Assembly (NCBI GenBank): GCA_036336835.1
Contig: JAYZFK010000088.1
Location: 1 to 64,000, forward strand
Direction of reading: 5' to 3'
Length of the DNA stretch: 64,000 nt
Source of the DNA: Myxococcota bacterium
Lineage (GTDB): Bacteria > Myxococcota_A > UBA9160 > UBA4427
Shown here: piece by piece, positions 39,493-49,408 of the stretch
Position numbering within the stretch: the stretch's first letter is position 1
Layout: every line of letters begins with the position of its first letter
Notes under the pieces: model-generated
Databases searched by the model: none
The model's input: only the letters and a program-made list of their open reading frames with translations
What the model was told of the DNA's origin: nothing
Translations under genes and position numbers: made by a program

Positions 39493-41073
39493 ATGACAGG
39501 TCTTGCGTCACTCCTCGGCGGCCTCGGCGCCGTGTTCCTGGGCTTCGGGCTGGTGCAGCTGCTGATCTGGATGTTCCAGCCGCTGACGGATCCGGCCTGG
39601 CTGTGGGGCCATCTGTTGTTCGGCACGGTGCTGCTGCTGGCTGCGGCGGGGATGAGTCTCGACGACCTCCGCGAGCGCATGCAGTCGGGAGAGGGGCGCC
39701 GGGCAGGGCGGTACGGCACCAGCGCGCTGCTCTCGGCCGCACTGGGCCTCGCGATCCTTGCCGGCGTCGCCTTCCTGTCCGAGCAGGATCAGTACTCGAC
39801 GCGCTTCGACTGGACCGAGGACCACGTCCACTCGCTGTCCGAGCAGACCCGGCAGGTGCTCTCGTCGCTCGAGCAGGACGTCGACGTCCTGCTGTTGTCG
39901 GATGTATTCGAGGAGGCGAGCTTCCGACCGCTGCTCGAACGCTATGCCCATGCGAGCGAGCGTGTGAAGCTCGAGTTCGCCGACCCGAACACCCGACCGG
40001 ACCTCGTCGAGGCGTACGGCCTGCAGGACACCGACCTGCGGCGCGGGCTGATCCGCGTGGCATACGGCGCAGCCTCGGTCGAGGTGACCGACTTCGACGA
40101 GAGCGGCGTCACCAACGCCATCGTCAAGCTCACGCGGGGCGGCGGCAAGCAGGTCTGCTTCAGCGAGGGCCACAACGAGCGCGTGGTACTCGGCGAGGGC
40201 GCTGCGGAAGCGCGCGGATTCGCGCGCGCCGCCACGGCGCTGCGCAACGAGACCTACGAAGTCGAGACGGTGCTGCTGGCGCAGACGGGCTCGGTGCCCG
40301 AGGATTGTGACGCGCTGGTGATCGCGGGAGCCACGCGGCCGTTGCTCGACATCGAGCACGAAGCGCTCGCTCGCTACCTCGAGGGCGGCGGTGCACTGCT
40401 GGTGCTGCTCGATCCGCGTTCCAACACGGATGTTGCGGCCGATCTCGAGAGCTGGGGTGTCGAAGTCGGGCAGGACGTCGTACTGGACCGCTCGCTGGCG
40501 CTGTTCGGCCGGGTCACCAGTCCGTTCGCAGCGGACTACGCGTCGGACCACCCGATCACCCGGGATTTCGCCGAGCCGTCGCTGTTCCACATGGCGCGCA
40601 GCCTGCGTCCTGGCGAGCAGGCAAACGACTTCGTGAGCCTGGTGTGGACGGGCGATGCGTCGTGGGCCGAGACCGATCTCACGACCTGGACCGAGCAGGG
40701 CACGGCGGCCTACGACGAGGATGCCGATGCGCTCGGGCCGATTTCGCTGGCGGTCGCGGGCACGCCCAACCTCGGCGCCAGCGGCGAGCGCGAGCGCGAG
40801 CCGCGGCTCGTCGTCTTCGGCGACTCGGACTTCGCGACGAACGAGCTGATCGATGGGTTTCTGAATCGCGACTTGTTCGTCAACTCGGTTGCCTGGCTGC
40901 TCGGTGAGGCCGAGCACATCAGCGTGCGTCCCAACACGGCTCGGGCTTCCCGCTTCCAGCTCTCGGGTGAGCAGTTCGCCCGGATGCGCATGCTGTCGCT
41001 GTTCGTGCTGCCGGAGGCGATCGCCATCCTGGGCGTCTTCACCTGGTGGACGCGCCGCAGCACAGGCGGCTGA
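39493..41073 (+). CDS. GldG-like ABC auxiliary component
   Basis: RFDWTED..HSLSEQT, FSEGHNE, LVIAG, RLVVFGDSDF..N, N.DLFVN.V.WL; C-terminal TM + RR. Confidence 0.85.
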   Translation: MTGLASLLGGLGAVFLGFGLVQLLIWMFQPLTDPAWLWGHLLFGTVLLLAAAGMSLDDLRERMQSGEGRRAGRYGTSALLSAALGLAILAGVAFLSEQDQYSTRFDWTEDHVHSLSEQTRQVLSSLEQDVDVLLLSDVFEEASFRPLLERYAHASERVKLEFADPNTRPDLVEAYGLQDTDLRRGLIRVAYGAASVEVTDFDESGVTNAIVKLTRGGGKQVCFSEGHNERVVLGEGAAEARGFARAATALRNETYEVETVLLAQTGSVPEDCDALVIAGATRPLLDIEHEALARYLEGGGALLVLLDPRSNTDVAADLESWGVEVGQDVVLDRSLALFGRVTSPFAADYASDHPITRDFAEPSLFHMARSLRPGEQANDFVSLVWTGDASWAETDLTTWTEQGTAAYDEDADALGPISLAVAGTPNLGASGEREREPRLVVFGDSDFATNELIDGFLNRDLFVNSVAWLLGEAEHISVRPNTARASRFQLSGEQFARMRMLSLFVLPEAIAILGVFTWWTRRSTGG

Positions 41074-41076
41074 GCC

Positions 41077-42516
41077 GTGAACCCGCGCAGCACGGGAGTG
41101 CTCGCCCTGGTGGCGCTCGCTCTGGGCGCCTTCATCTGGTTCTACGAGATCGAGGGGGAGGCCGAACGCAAGCGAGTCGCCGAAGCCGACAAGCGGCTGT
41201 TTGCCAACCTCGAGGCAAGCTCGATCGACTGGATCGCTCTCGAGACGACGGACGACGTGGCTGCGCGGGCCGAGCGCCGAGACGAGCGCTGGTGGCTTAC
41301 TTCTCCGCTCGACTTCCCGGCCGATGCGGTTGCGCTCGATGCGATGGCCGGTGCGCTCGCCGATCTCACGCACGAGCAGGCGATCGAGTCCGGCCAGCCG
41401 CTCTCGGTCTACGGCCTCGCCGAGGACGCGCGAAGGGTCGAGTTCGCGACGTCGGGCGGTCGCTACGCGCTGCGCATCGGCAACAAGGCGCCCCTGGGAT
41501 CCAACACCTACGTGGCGCGCGGGGTCGACGATGCGGTGTTCACGGTTCCGACGTGGCGCACCAACGCGCTGTCCGAAGAGCTGCTCGAGCTGCGCGACCG
41601 GCGCGTTCTCGCGTTCGATCTCGCGTCGGTGCGGCGGATTACGGCGAGCTGGCCCGGCGGGCGCGTGGTGGTCGAGCGCGACGGCGAGAGCTGGCGGCTG
41701 CGCGAGCCGCTCGACGGTCCCGCCGACGACGATCGAATCGAAGCGCTGCTGTCCGATCTCGTCTACCTGCGCACCGACGGCTTCATCGACGAGCCCCTCG
41801 ACGACGCACAGGCGCGTCTCGACCCGCCGGATTTCGCGGTCTCGCTCGAGCTGTCGTCGGACGTACCGGGTGCGGCGACGCGCACGATCCGCTTCGAGCT
41901 CGGACGCGTGTGGCGAGAGGAACAGCGACTGGCCCGCGGCTCGCACGAGACGCTGTACGCGCTCGCCGGCGACCGCATCGACGATTTTCCGCGCGAGCTC
42001 GTCGAGTACCGCGACCGTGAGCTGGCCCGGTTCGTCAGCTCGGAGGCCGCGTCGCTCGAGCTCGTGTTTGCGTCCGAGCTGGCGGACGCGGCCAGCGTCC
42101 GTGTCGAGGTCCGTCGCGACGGTGTCAGCTGGACCTCCCAGCCTCCGCTGCGGGAGGGCGTCGCGAGCGACCTGGTGGCGACGCTCGCGAACCTGAAGGC
42201 CGGAGAGATCCTGGCCGACGGATTGGGCGCGGCCGAACTCGCCGCGCTGGGCCTGTCGCCTGCAACCACCCGGATTCGCGTGCTCGGCCGCGCGGGTGCA
42301 CCTGACGACGCGCCCGCCGTGCTGGCAGAGCTGCTCCTCGGCCACTTCGACCCGCGCCGCGGCATCGTCGCGATGCGACCGGGCCGCGACGAGGTGTTCC
42401 GGCTCGAGACCGGGCTGGCAGAGAGCCTGCCCCGCGATCAGGCCGACTTCGAGAGCCGTTTCGTCGCCCCGGCCGAAGACTCGGACGACTCAGCGGCTGA
42501 CGAGTCGACCGGTTGA
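41077..42516 (+). CDS. DUF4340 domain protein (repeated)
   Basis: N-terminal TM; repeated W.L..P…PAD…L..L…YGL…IG motifs; LRDRRVL; typical fourth gene of Gld-type ABC operons. Confidence 0.8.
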   Translation: MNPRSTGVLALVALALGAFIWFYEIEGEAERKRVAEADKRLFANLEASSIDWIALETTDDVAARAERRDERWWLTSPLDFPADAVALDAMAGALADLTHEQAIESGQPLSVYGLAEDARRVEFATSGGRYALRIGNKAPLGSNTYVARGVDDAVFTVPTWRTNALSEELLELRDRRVLAFDLASVRRITASWPGGRVVVERDGESWRLREPLDGPADDDRIEALLSDLVYLRTDGFIDEPLDDAQARLDPPDFAVSLELSSDVPGAATRTIRFELGRVWREEQRLARGSHETLYALAGDRIDDFPRELVEYRDRELARFVSSEAASLELVFASELADAASVRVEVRRDGVSWTSQPPLREGVASDLVATLANLKAGEILADGLGAAELAALGLSPATTRIRVLGRAGAPDDAPAVLAELLLGHFDPRRGIVAMRPGRDEVFRLETGLAESLPRDQADFESRFVAPAEDSDDSAADESTG

Positions 42517-42553
42517 CCTTCAGCGAGGCCGACTGGCGGTGCGTCGAGCGCGC

Positions 42554-43348
42554 TCACGAAGGCCCCGCCAGGCGATAGAGTGCGCGGGCGTTGCGGGTGG
42601 TGAACGCTGCGACCTGCTCGACCGGAACGTCGTGAAGACGGGCAAGCGTCTGCCCGACGATCGGCACCCACGCGGGCTCGTTGCGACGGCCGCGGTGGCC
42701 CTCCGGTGCCAGGAAGGGTGCATCGGTCTCGATCATCAGCCGCTCGAGCGGCAGTCCGCGCGCGACGTCGCGCAAGGCGTCGCTGCGCTTGAAGGTGAGA
42801 ATGCCCGAGAACGACACGTAGAGGCCGTGCTCGACGGCGCGCCGTGCAAAGGCCAGCGAGCCGGTGTAGCAGTGCAGCACTCCCTCGAGGGTGTCGCCGC
42901 CCTCGGCCAGCCAGATCTCGAGCAACTCGTCGTAGGCGCTCTCGTCGTCGCCGCGCACGTGGATCGACACCGGCAGATCGAGCTCGCGGGCCAGTGCGAT
43001 CTGCTCGGCGAGGACACTGCGCTGTGCCTCGCGCGGCGAGTTCATGTAGTGGTAGTCGAGCCCGCACTCTCCGACGGCGACCACCTCGTCGAGCGCGAGG
43101 CACTTGCGCACGGCGGTCCGGCCCGCGTCGTCGAGCTCCGACGCTTCGTGCGGGTGGACGCCGGCGGTTGCGAAGATCCGGTCGTCGCGCTGCGCGAGTG
43201 CGGCGGCTTGGGCGTTGCCCGCCAGGCCGTAGCCCGAGCCGATTACCACCAGGGTCTCGACACCGGCCTCGCGTGCGCGCGCGATCGTCTCGTCGCGGTC
43301 GTGGGCGAACTTGTCGGCCGTCAGATGGCAGTGCGAGTCGAGCCACAT
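42554..43348 (-). CDS. tatD: TatD family DNase
   Basis: DSHCHL, GVHPH, VGECGLDY, LHCY, ETDAPFLAP, RNEPA. Confidence 0.95.
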   Translation of the reverse strand: MWLDSHCHLTADKFAHDRDETIARAREAGVETLVVIGSGYGLAGNAQAAALAQRDDRIFATAGVHPHEASELDDAGRTAVRKCLALDEVVAVGECGLDYHYMNSPREAQRSVLAEQIALARELDLPVSIHVRGDDESAYDELLEIWLAEGGDTLEGVLHCYTGSLAFARRAVEHGLYVSFSGILTFKRSDALRDVARGLPLERLMIETDAPFLAPEGHRGRRNEPAWVPIVGQTLARLHDVPVEQVAAFTTRNARALYRLAGPS

Positions 43349-43355
43349 CCGGGCG

Positions 43356-44909
43356 TCAGGCCTCGGACGTGTCGATGCGCGGGAACAGCGGCTTGCCCTT
43401 GGTGGTGGTCGAGCCCACGGCGATGCCGCCCCAGCCGGCGGCCTCGGGCAGCCGCTGGCCCTCGGGCGTGCCGGGGAGGCCGAGCCGCGACCACAGCTCG
43501 TCGCACTTCCTCGGAATGAACGGCGACAGCAGCAGTGTCACCAGACGCAGCGCCTCGCAGGCGTGGTACAGCGTGGTGCGCACCCGCTCGGCGAGCGCGG
43601 GATCCTTCGCCGCCTTCCACGGCTCGCGCAGCTCGAGGTAGCGGTTGCCGGCGTCGATCGCTCGCTGCAGAGACTCGAGTGCCCGGTGCAGCTCCATGCC
43701 GCGAACGTGCTCGTCGACTGAGGCGGCGGCTTCGCCGAAGGCCTCCTGCAGTGCGCGCTCCGGATCTTCGATCGTGCCCGGCTCCGGAACGCGGGCATCC
43801 GCGAAGCGCCCCGTCATGTTGAGCGTGCGGCTCGCGAAGTTGCCCAGGTTGTTGGCCAGGTCCGCGTTGATGCGCGCGATCAGTGCCTCTTCGGTGAAGT
43901 TTGCGTCCACGCCCCAGCTCATCTCGCGCAGCAGGCAGTATCGGAAGGCCTCGAAGCCGTACTTCTCGTCCATCACGCGCGGCGAAATCATGTTGCCGAG
44001 CGACTTCGAAACCTTGCGCTCGTCGACGTTCCAGTACCCGTGCACGTTGATGTGGCGCGGCGGTTCGAGACCGATCACGTGGAGCATCGTCGGCCAGAAG
44101 ATGCCGTGCGGCTTCAGGATGTCTTTGCCGATCAAGTGCTCGGCGTTCTCCCAGGCGGCCGCGAAACCCTCGTCGGTCGGCCATCCGATCCCGGTCAGAT
44201 AGTTGACCAGGGCGTCGAACCAGACGTAGCAGACGAAGCCGTCGTCGAATGGCAGCTCGATCCCCCACTCGAGTCGCGACTTGGGTCGTGAGATGCACAG
44301 GTCGCCGAGCCCCGCCTCCTCGCGCAGCATGCCGAGCACCTCGTTGCGGTAGCGCTCGGGGCGGATGAAGTCGGGGCGGTCCCGCAGGTACTGCTCGAGC
44401 CACGCGAAGTGCTCGGTCATCTTGAAGAAGTAGTTGGACTCCGAGCGGGGGTCGGGCGCTCGCTCGTGATCGCGGCACAGTCCGTCCTGCATGTCGCGGT
44501 CGGTCAGGAAACGCTCGCAGCCGATGCAGTAGAGCCCCTCGTACTCCCGGAACTCGATTGCTCCAGCGTCGTAGACCTGCTGCAGGAAGTGCTGAACCGC
44601 GCGCACGTGATCCTCGTCGGTGGTGCGGATGAAGCGGTCGAAGCGGATGCCGACGGCGTTCCACGTCTCGCGGAACACCTGCGCATAGCGGTCGGTGATC
44701 TCGCGAGGAGTCACGTTCTCACGCTCGGCCGCCTCGAAGATCTTCTCGCCGTGCTCGTCACTGCCGGTCAAGAAGAACACGTCCTCGCCGCACAGTCGGT
44801 GGTAGCGCGCGAGCGTGTCGGCCACGCACGTCGTGTACGTGTGCCCGATGTGCGGGTCGCCGTTCATGTAGTAGATCGGGGTGGTGACGTAGAAGATCTT
44901 GCGACTCAT
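43356..44909 (-). CDS. metG: Methionyl-tRNA synthetase (short form, no C-terminal dimerisation domain)
   Basis: TTPIYY.N..PHIGH, YCIGCE…CRDH knuckle, YVWFDAL, GKDI, KVSKSLGN, NADLANNLGN. Confidence 0.96.
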   Translation of the reverse strand: MSRKIFYVTTPIYYMNGDPHIGHTYTTCVADTLARYHRLCGEDVFFLTGSDEHGEKIFEAAERENVTPREITDRYAQVFRETWNAVGIRFDRFIRTTDEDHVRAVQHFLQQVYDAGAIEFREYEGLYCIGCERFLTDRDMQDGLCRDHERAPDPRSESNYFFKMTEHFAWLEQYLRDRPDFIRPERYRNEVLGMLREEAGLGDLCISRPKSRLEWGIELPFDDGFVCYVWFDALVNYLTGIGWPTDEGFAAAWENAEHLIGKDILKPHGIFWPTMLHVIGLEPPRHINVHGYWNVDERKVSKSLGNMISPRVMDEKYGFEAFRYCLLREMSWGVDANFTEEALIARINADLANNLGNFASRTLNMTGRFADARVPEPGTIEDPERALQEAFGEAAASVDEHVRGMELHRALESLQRAIDAGNRYLELREPWKAAKDPALAERVRTTLYHACEALRLVTLLLSPFIPRKCDELWSRLGLPGTPEGQRLPEAAGWGGIAVGSTTTKGKPLFPRIDTSEA

Positions 44910-45829
44910 CGTGCGCCCCCGGCGGCCGTTTGCAGCGCGAACAATGCGCGCTCGGCGACCATCTGGGGGTTTGCGTTGCGCTGCGCGAGGTCCTTGCGAC
45001 AGCGCTGCAGCGTGCGGAAGGCGGCGAGCTCGCCGTGCAGGTCACGCCGGCCTTCGCGCGCCGCCGCGGTCGCCCGCTCGCGCAGCCACTCGGCGCTGGT
45101 CGCGAGCAGCAGCTGCACGCCTTCGGCCGCGAGGGCGCGCTCGCCGCGATACTCCTCGGCCCAGTCGAGTAGCTCTGCTAGAGGCGCCTGCGACGCGCGG
45201 TCGAGGCGCAGGGCAATCGCGCGAACGGCTTCGGGCGCCGCGTCGCTGCGCAACGGCGCTGCCCGGGGAACCGGGAAGACCACGCGCTGGCAGCGCGAGC
45301 GGATGGTTACGAGCAGCCCGTTGACACTGGCGGTCGAGAGCAGCAGCGTGGTCTCGGGCGGCGGCTCCTCGAGCAGCCGCAGCAGAGCGTTCTGCGCCGC
45401 GTCGTTCATCTGCTCGGCGTCCGCGATCACCACCACCCGATGGCCGCCCTCGTGCGAGCCGAAGCGCAGGGCGGCTTGCAGGGCGCGCACCTGTTCGACG
45501 CGCACGCGGGTCGAGTCGCGGCCGCGGTCGACCCAGAACAGATCGGCGTGATCGCCGATATGGCGGAACAGCGGCCCGCGCTTGCCGGTGCCGTCGATCT
45601 CGATCGGCTTCTCGTCGGTCGCCGGACCGGCCGAGCGAACGCAAGCGCGACATGTCTCACAGGGCCGGCGGGCCGACTCGCTCGCGCTGCACACCAGGGC
45701 CCGCGCGAACTCGAGCGCAGCCTCGCGGGCGGCGTCTGCGTCGCCCGCGAGCAAGTACCCCGAGTGGATCCGGCGCCTCTCGAGCGAGCGTCGTAACAGG
45801 GTCATCGGCTCCGGAGCTGCCTGCGCCAT
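44906..45829 (-). CDS. holB: DNA polymerase III delta' subunit
   Basis: HSGYLL, C…PCETCRAC zinc motif, AEQMNDAAQNALLRLLEEPP, TIRSRCQ. Confidence 0.88.
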   Translation of the reverse strand: MAQAAPEPMTLLRRSLERRRIHSGYLLAGDADAAREAALEFARALVCSASESARRPCETCRACVRSAGPATDEKPIEIDGTGKRGPLFRHIGDHADLFWVDRGRDSTRVRVEQVRALQAALRFGSHEGGHRVVVIADAEQMNDAAQNALLRLLEEPPPETTLLLSTASVNGLLVTIRSRCQRVVFPVPRAAPLRSDAAPEAVRAIALRLDRASQAPLAELLDWAEEYRGERALAAEGVQLLLATSAEWLRERATAAAREGRRDLHGELAAFRTLQRCRKDLAQRNANPQMVAERALFALQTAAGGAR

Positions 45830-45994
45830 GGCGCCGGCCAACGTAGCATCTCGCCCGCGGGGTTCGTGAGTCGGGAACCGACGCATCGGCGTGCCCGGTT
45901 GCGGTCGGAACTGCCACTCAAGTGCGCGGCCTCGTCTGCCGATCGTTTCCGGTGGGAGCGCCTGGGATGACTCCAGCGCGAGGAGGGAGCGAGA

Positions 45995-46492
45995 ATGGCT
46001 TTCGGACGAAGGGACGACGGGATGGGGCCGAAGTCGACGACGACCAGCGGAGGCAGGAGCAACAGCCTCGGTAATCTGACCGCCTTCATCGATCAGGGGT
46101 CGGAGTTCGATGGCAAGCTCTCGTTCAAGGACACGGTTCGCATCGACGGCCGTTTCAGCGGAGAGATCAGCAGTGAGAACACGTTGATCGTCGGCGAGAC
46201 CGGTGAGATCGAGGCCGATATCCACTCGCCCTCCGTGGTGATCAGCGGTGTCGTCACTGGGGACGTCTTTGCCACTTCCCAGCTCGTGCTGTACAAGACG
46301 GCCTGCCTGACTGGCAACGTCACGACGCCGAACCTCGTGATGGAGGAGGGCGCGCTGCTGAACGGCCAGCTCAAGATGGAGCGGCCCGGTCCGACGGCGA
46401 AGGCACCCGCGAAGCCCGAGGTCGGGCCCGACGCCGGGCAGGCCAGCGCGAGCGCCACAAAGTCATCGAACGCGACCAACCACCCGAAGTAA
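45995..46492 (+). CDS. Bactofilin (polymer-forming cytoskeletal protein)
   Basis: FIDQGSEFDGKLSF..TVRIDG.F.GEI, V.G.V.G.V, L.MEEGA.LNGQL.M; AGGAGGGAG RBS. Confidence 0.92.
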   Translation: MAFGRRDDGMGPKSTTTSGGRSNSLGNLTAFIDQGSEFDGKLSFKDTVRIDGRFSGEISSENTLIVGETGEIEADIHSPSVVISGVVTGDVFATSQLVLYKTACLTGNVTTPNLVMEEGALLNGQLKMERPGPTAKAPAKPEVGPDAGQASASATKSSNATNHPK

Positions 46493-46527
46493 CTGGCTCC
46501 CAAAGGGGCCCGAGTGAAGACGCGGGC

Positions 46528-46773
46528 TCAGCCTGAGACGACCGCCGTGACGCCGCGTACCGCCCGGCGCAACGGCTCCTCGACCGCGACGCGAAGTGTT
46601 GCGGTCTGAGCCGGGCAGGTTGCGCAGGCGCCCTGGAACGCCACCCGCACGACACCGTCCACACCGACGTCGAGCAGCTCGAGGTTGCCGCCGTCGGCCA
46701 CCAGCCCCGGGCGGATCCGGTCGAGTACCGCCTCGATGGCCTCGCGCGATGGCCGGTCTGTCTGGATCTCCAT
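46528..46773 (-). CDS. NifU/Nfu C-terminal domain Fe-S protein
   Basis: IRPGLVADGGNLEL, FQGACATCP (CxxC). Confidence 0.88.
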   Translation of the reverse strand: MEIQTDRPSREAIEAVLDRIRPGLVADGGNLELLDVGVDGVVRVAFQGACATCPAQTATLRVAVEEPLRRAVRGVTAVVSG

Positions 46774-46856
46774 GCCCGAGCCAATCGGCTGCACCAGTGG
46801 GCTCGTGCTGTGACGCCCGTCACCGGCGCTCCGCAGCCTGCTAGCTTCGGTCCCCG

Positions 46857-47516
46857 ATGAAGGTGGTCGTCAAGCTGTTCGGGTCGGTGCGCGATGCGGT
46901 CGGTGCCCGAGAGATCGGCCTGGAGGTCTCCGAGGGCGCCACGGTAGGCGATCTGCGCGGCCAGCTGGCCGCCGAGCACGCCGTCTTCGATCAGCTAGGC
47001 GAGCGGCTCGCGGTGTCGGTCAACTTCGAGCTTGCGGAGTTCGACAGCGTGCTCGCACCGGGCGATGAGGTTGCCTTCCTCCCGCCGGTCTCGGGAGGGG
47101 TCGGACTGTGCACGATCTCCGACCAGCCGCTCGTTCTGGCGGAGGTCGCGGCGCGTGTAACGGGTCGTGACGCGGGCGGTGTGGTCCATTTCGTCGGTGC
47201 CGTGCGCGACCGCGCCCGCGGCCGCGATATCGAGTACCTCGAGTACGAGGCCTATGGCGAGATGGCGGAGCGCGAGATGTTGCGCATCTCCGACGAGTGC
47301 GCGCAGCGCTGGCCTGGCACGCGGGTTGCGATCGCGCACCGGACCGGACACCTCGAGATCGGCGACAGCGCAGTGGTCATCGTCGCCGCCGCGCCCCACC
47401 GGGCGGCGGCCTTCGAGGCCTGCCGCTACGCGATCGATACGCTCAAGCGGACGGTGCCGATCTGGAAGAAGGAGGTCGCCACCGACGGGCACTACTGGGT
47501 GGACGATCACGCATGA
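46857..47516 (+). CDS. moaE: Fused molybdopterin synthase MoaD-MoaE (MoaX-like)
   Basis: V.VKLF…AVN…GDEVAFLPPVSGG followed in frame by GGVVHFVGAVRD, LEYEAY..MA, HRTG.L, K..VPIWKKE. Confidence 0.92.
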   Translation: MKVVVKLFGSVRDAVGAREIGLEVSEGATVGDLRGQLAAEHAVFDQLGERLAVSVNFELAEFDSVLAPGDEVAFLPPVSGGVGLCTISDQPLVLAEVAARVTGRDAGGVVHFVGAVRDRARGRDIEYLEYEAYGEMAEREMLRISDECAQRWPGTRVAIAHRTGHLEIGDSAVVIVAAAPHRAAAFEACRYAIDTLKRTVPIWKKEVATDGHYWVDDHA

Positions 47517-48046
47517 GCGACACCCACTCTCCTGCCTCGCAGCGGCATCACCATCGCCGCGATGCGCTGCTCTCGGTGCCGACGGCGGTGGTCACCGTGA
47601 GCGACACTCGCACGCTCGAGACGGACAAAGGGGGCGCGCTGGTCGCCGAGTTGCTCGAGGGAGGGGGCCACGCAGTCGCGTCGCGAGAGATCGTGAAGGA
47701 CGACCCCGCCGCGATCCGCACGGCGCTCGCGGCCGCGCTCGCGGCCGATGGCGTGCGGGCCGTGATCCTGACAGGCGGCACGGGCGTGGCGCCGCGCGAC
47801 GTGACCCCCGAGAGCGTGCAGCCGTTGCTCGAGCGCGAGGTGCCCGGCTTCGGTGAGCTGTTCCGGACGCTCTCCTACGAGGATATCGGCTCGGCGGCGC
47901 TGCTCTCCCGCGCGCTGGCGGGGCTGGCGCGCGGCCGGGTGATCTTCGTACTGCCCGGCTCGTCCGGCGCGGTCCGTCTGGCGATGGAGAGGCTGATCCT
48001 TCCCGAACTCGGCCATCTGGCTGCCGAGGCCGTCAAGACGCGCTGA
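47513..48046 (+). CDS. moaB: Molybdopterin adenylyltransferase MoaB/Mog
   Basis: VTVSDTRT.ETDKGG, TGGTGVAPRDVTPE, PGFGELFR, LPGS..AV. Confidence 0.92.
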   Translation: MSDTHSPASQRHHHRRDALLSVPTAVVTVSDTRTLETDKGGALVAELLEGGGHAVASREIVKDDPAAIRTALAAALAADGVRAVILTGGTGVAPRDVTPESVQPLLEREVPGFGELFRTLSYEDIGSAALLSRALAGLARGRVIFVLPGSSGAVRLAMERLILPELGHLAAEAVKTR

Positions 48047-48067
48047 GCGCTCGCCGATGAGAGCCTG

Positions 48068-49381
48068 GTGAAACCGCACTGGCCTCTCTGCGCCTGGCTC
48101 GCTCTGCTGGCGCTCTCTGCCGCCGTCGCCGATTCCGAGGCGGCGAGCTCCGATCCCGCGAGCTCCGATCCCGCGAGCTTCGTCTGGGTGGACGAACACG
48201 GCCTGACTCACCTGACCGACGATCCGGGTGGCGTCCCGGACGCCGTGCGGGGCGAGACCGGCCTGGCGACCCGGGATCGGCTCGACGCGCTGTGGGACGA
48301 CGGCGTGGCGGGGCCGCCGCTGACGACGCCGCCCGGCAGCTCGGGCTCGGACGACGACCGCGTGGTCCGACTGCTCGGAGGCGTTCGCGCTGATCTCGCG
48401 CGCGGTGAGCAGGCGCGGGCCGCCGCGACCCTGCGGAGCCTGCTGCGGCTCGATCCCGCGCGGCCGGAGCCGCACTGGTATCTGGCGCACCTCGATCAGC
48501 AGCGCGGGCGCTATGCGAGTGCGCGCGGCCACCTGCTCGAGTATCTCAGCCGCGCCGGTGCCGAGCGAGATGGCCCCTTTCGCGCGGCGGCGCGAGCCCG
48601 GCTGGCGCGGCTCGACGAGGAAGAGGCACTTGCCGACACGCAGCGCGAGCGTGGCCCGCTCCGGCTGATCGAGTACACAGGCGAGAACTTCCGCCTCGAG
48701 CTCGACGCCGAGCTCGAGATACGGCCGGAATTCGCAGACACCGTGATCAAGTACCTCGAGGGCGCTCACAGCGACGTCGCACAGCAGCTGGGTGTGGTGC
48801 CCGAGGAGCCGCTCGGAGTCGTGTTCTACGGTCGCGCTTCGTACCTGCGCGCACATCAGAAACGTTTCTCGTTCCAGACGGTCGGCTTCTTCGATGGACG
48901 GATCCACGTGTCGTCGCCAGCCGACCCGGGTGAGCCGCTCCGGGCGCTGCTCTACCACGAGTACGCCCATGCGCTGTACCGCGAGCAGACCGGCGGAGAT
49001 CGTCCGTACTGGCTCAACGAGGGACTCGCAGAGCTCGCCGAGCGGCGCGCCAAGCGGGTGCCGGCTTCGACGCGCAGCGAGCGCGCCTCGCTGCGGACGC
49101 GGATCGCCGGCAGAGACTGGATTCCGCTGCGGCGGATCGCGCCGAGCTTCGGCGGCCTGCAGGGCGAGGATGCACGCGCGGCGTATCTCGAGTCGATCGT
49201 CGCCGCAGGGTGGATCGAAGAGCGCACCGACGTCGCCGCGCGCGCCGGGCTGCTGCGCCGGCTGGGCCAGGGCTGGTCGATCGATCAGGCGTTGCACGAA
49301 GCGCTGGGCGTCGACACCGAAGGTCTCGATGCGGCGATCCAACGCCGGTTGCTCGACGAGTTCCCCACGATCGCTCCCTGA
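48068..49381 (+). CDS. Secreted DUF4124-TPR-peptidase MA-like (gluzincin) protein
   Basis: Signal peptide; WVDEHG.THLTDDP (DUF4124); TPR pair; HEYAH…PYWLNEGLAE zinc motifs. Confidence 0.82.
   Translation: MKPHWPLCAWLALLALSAAVADSEAASSDPASSDPASFVWVDEHGLTHLTDDPGGVPDAVRGETGLATRDRLDALWDDGVAGPPLTTPPGSSGSDDDRVVRLLGGVRADLARGEQARAAATLRSLLRLDPARPEPHWYLAHLDQQRGRYASARGHLLEYLSRAGAERDGPFRAAARARLARLDEEEALADTQRERGPLRLIEYTGENFRLELDAELEIRPEFADTVIKYLEGAHSDVAQQLGVVPEEPLGVVFYGRASYLRAHQKRFSFQTVGFFDGRIHVSSPADPGEPLRALLYHEYAHALYREQTGGDRPYWLNEGLAELAERRAKRVPASTRSERASLRTRIAGRDWIPLRRIAPSFGGLQGEDARAAYLESIVAAGWIEERTDVAARAGLLRRLGQGWSIDQALHEALGVDTEGLDAAIQRRLLDEFPTIAP
48143..48179 (+). repeat. 15-bp in-frame tandem repeat (GCGAGCTCCGATCCC x about 2.5; ASSDP units)
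   Basis: Read directly from the sequence, just after the signal peptide. Confidence 0.8.
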
Positions 49382-49408
49382 GACCGAGCCGGGAGACGAA
49401 CCAGGGGA

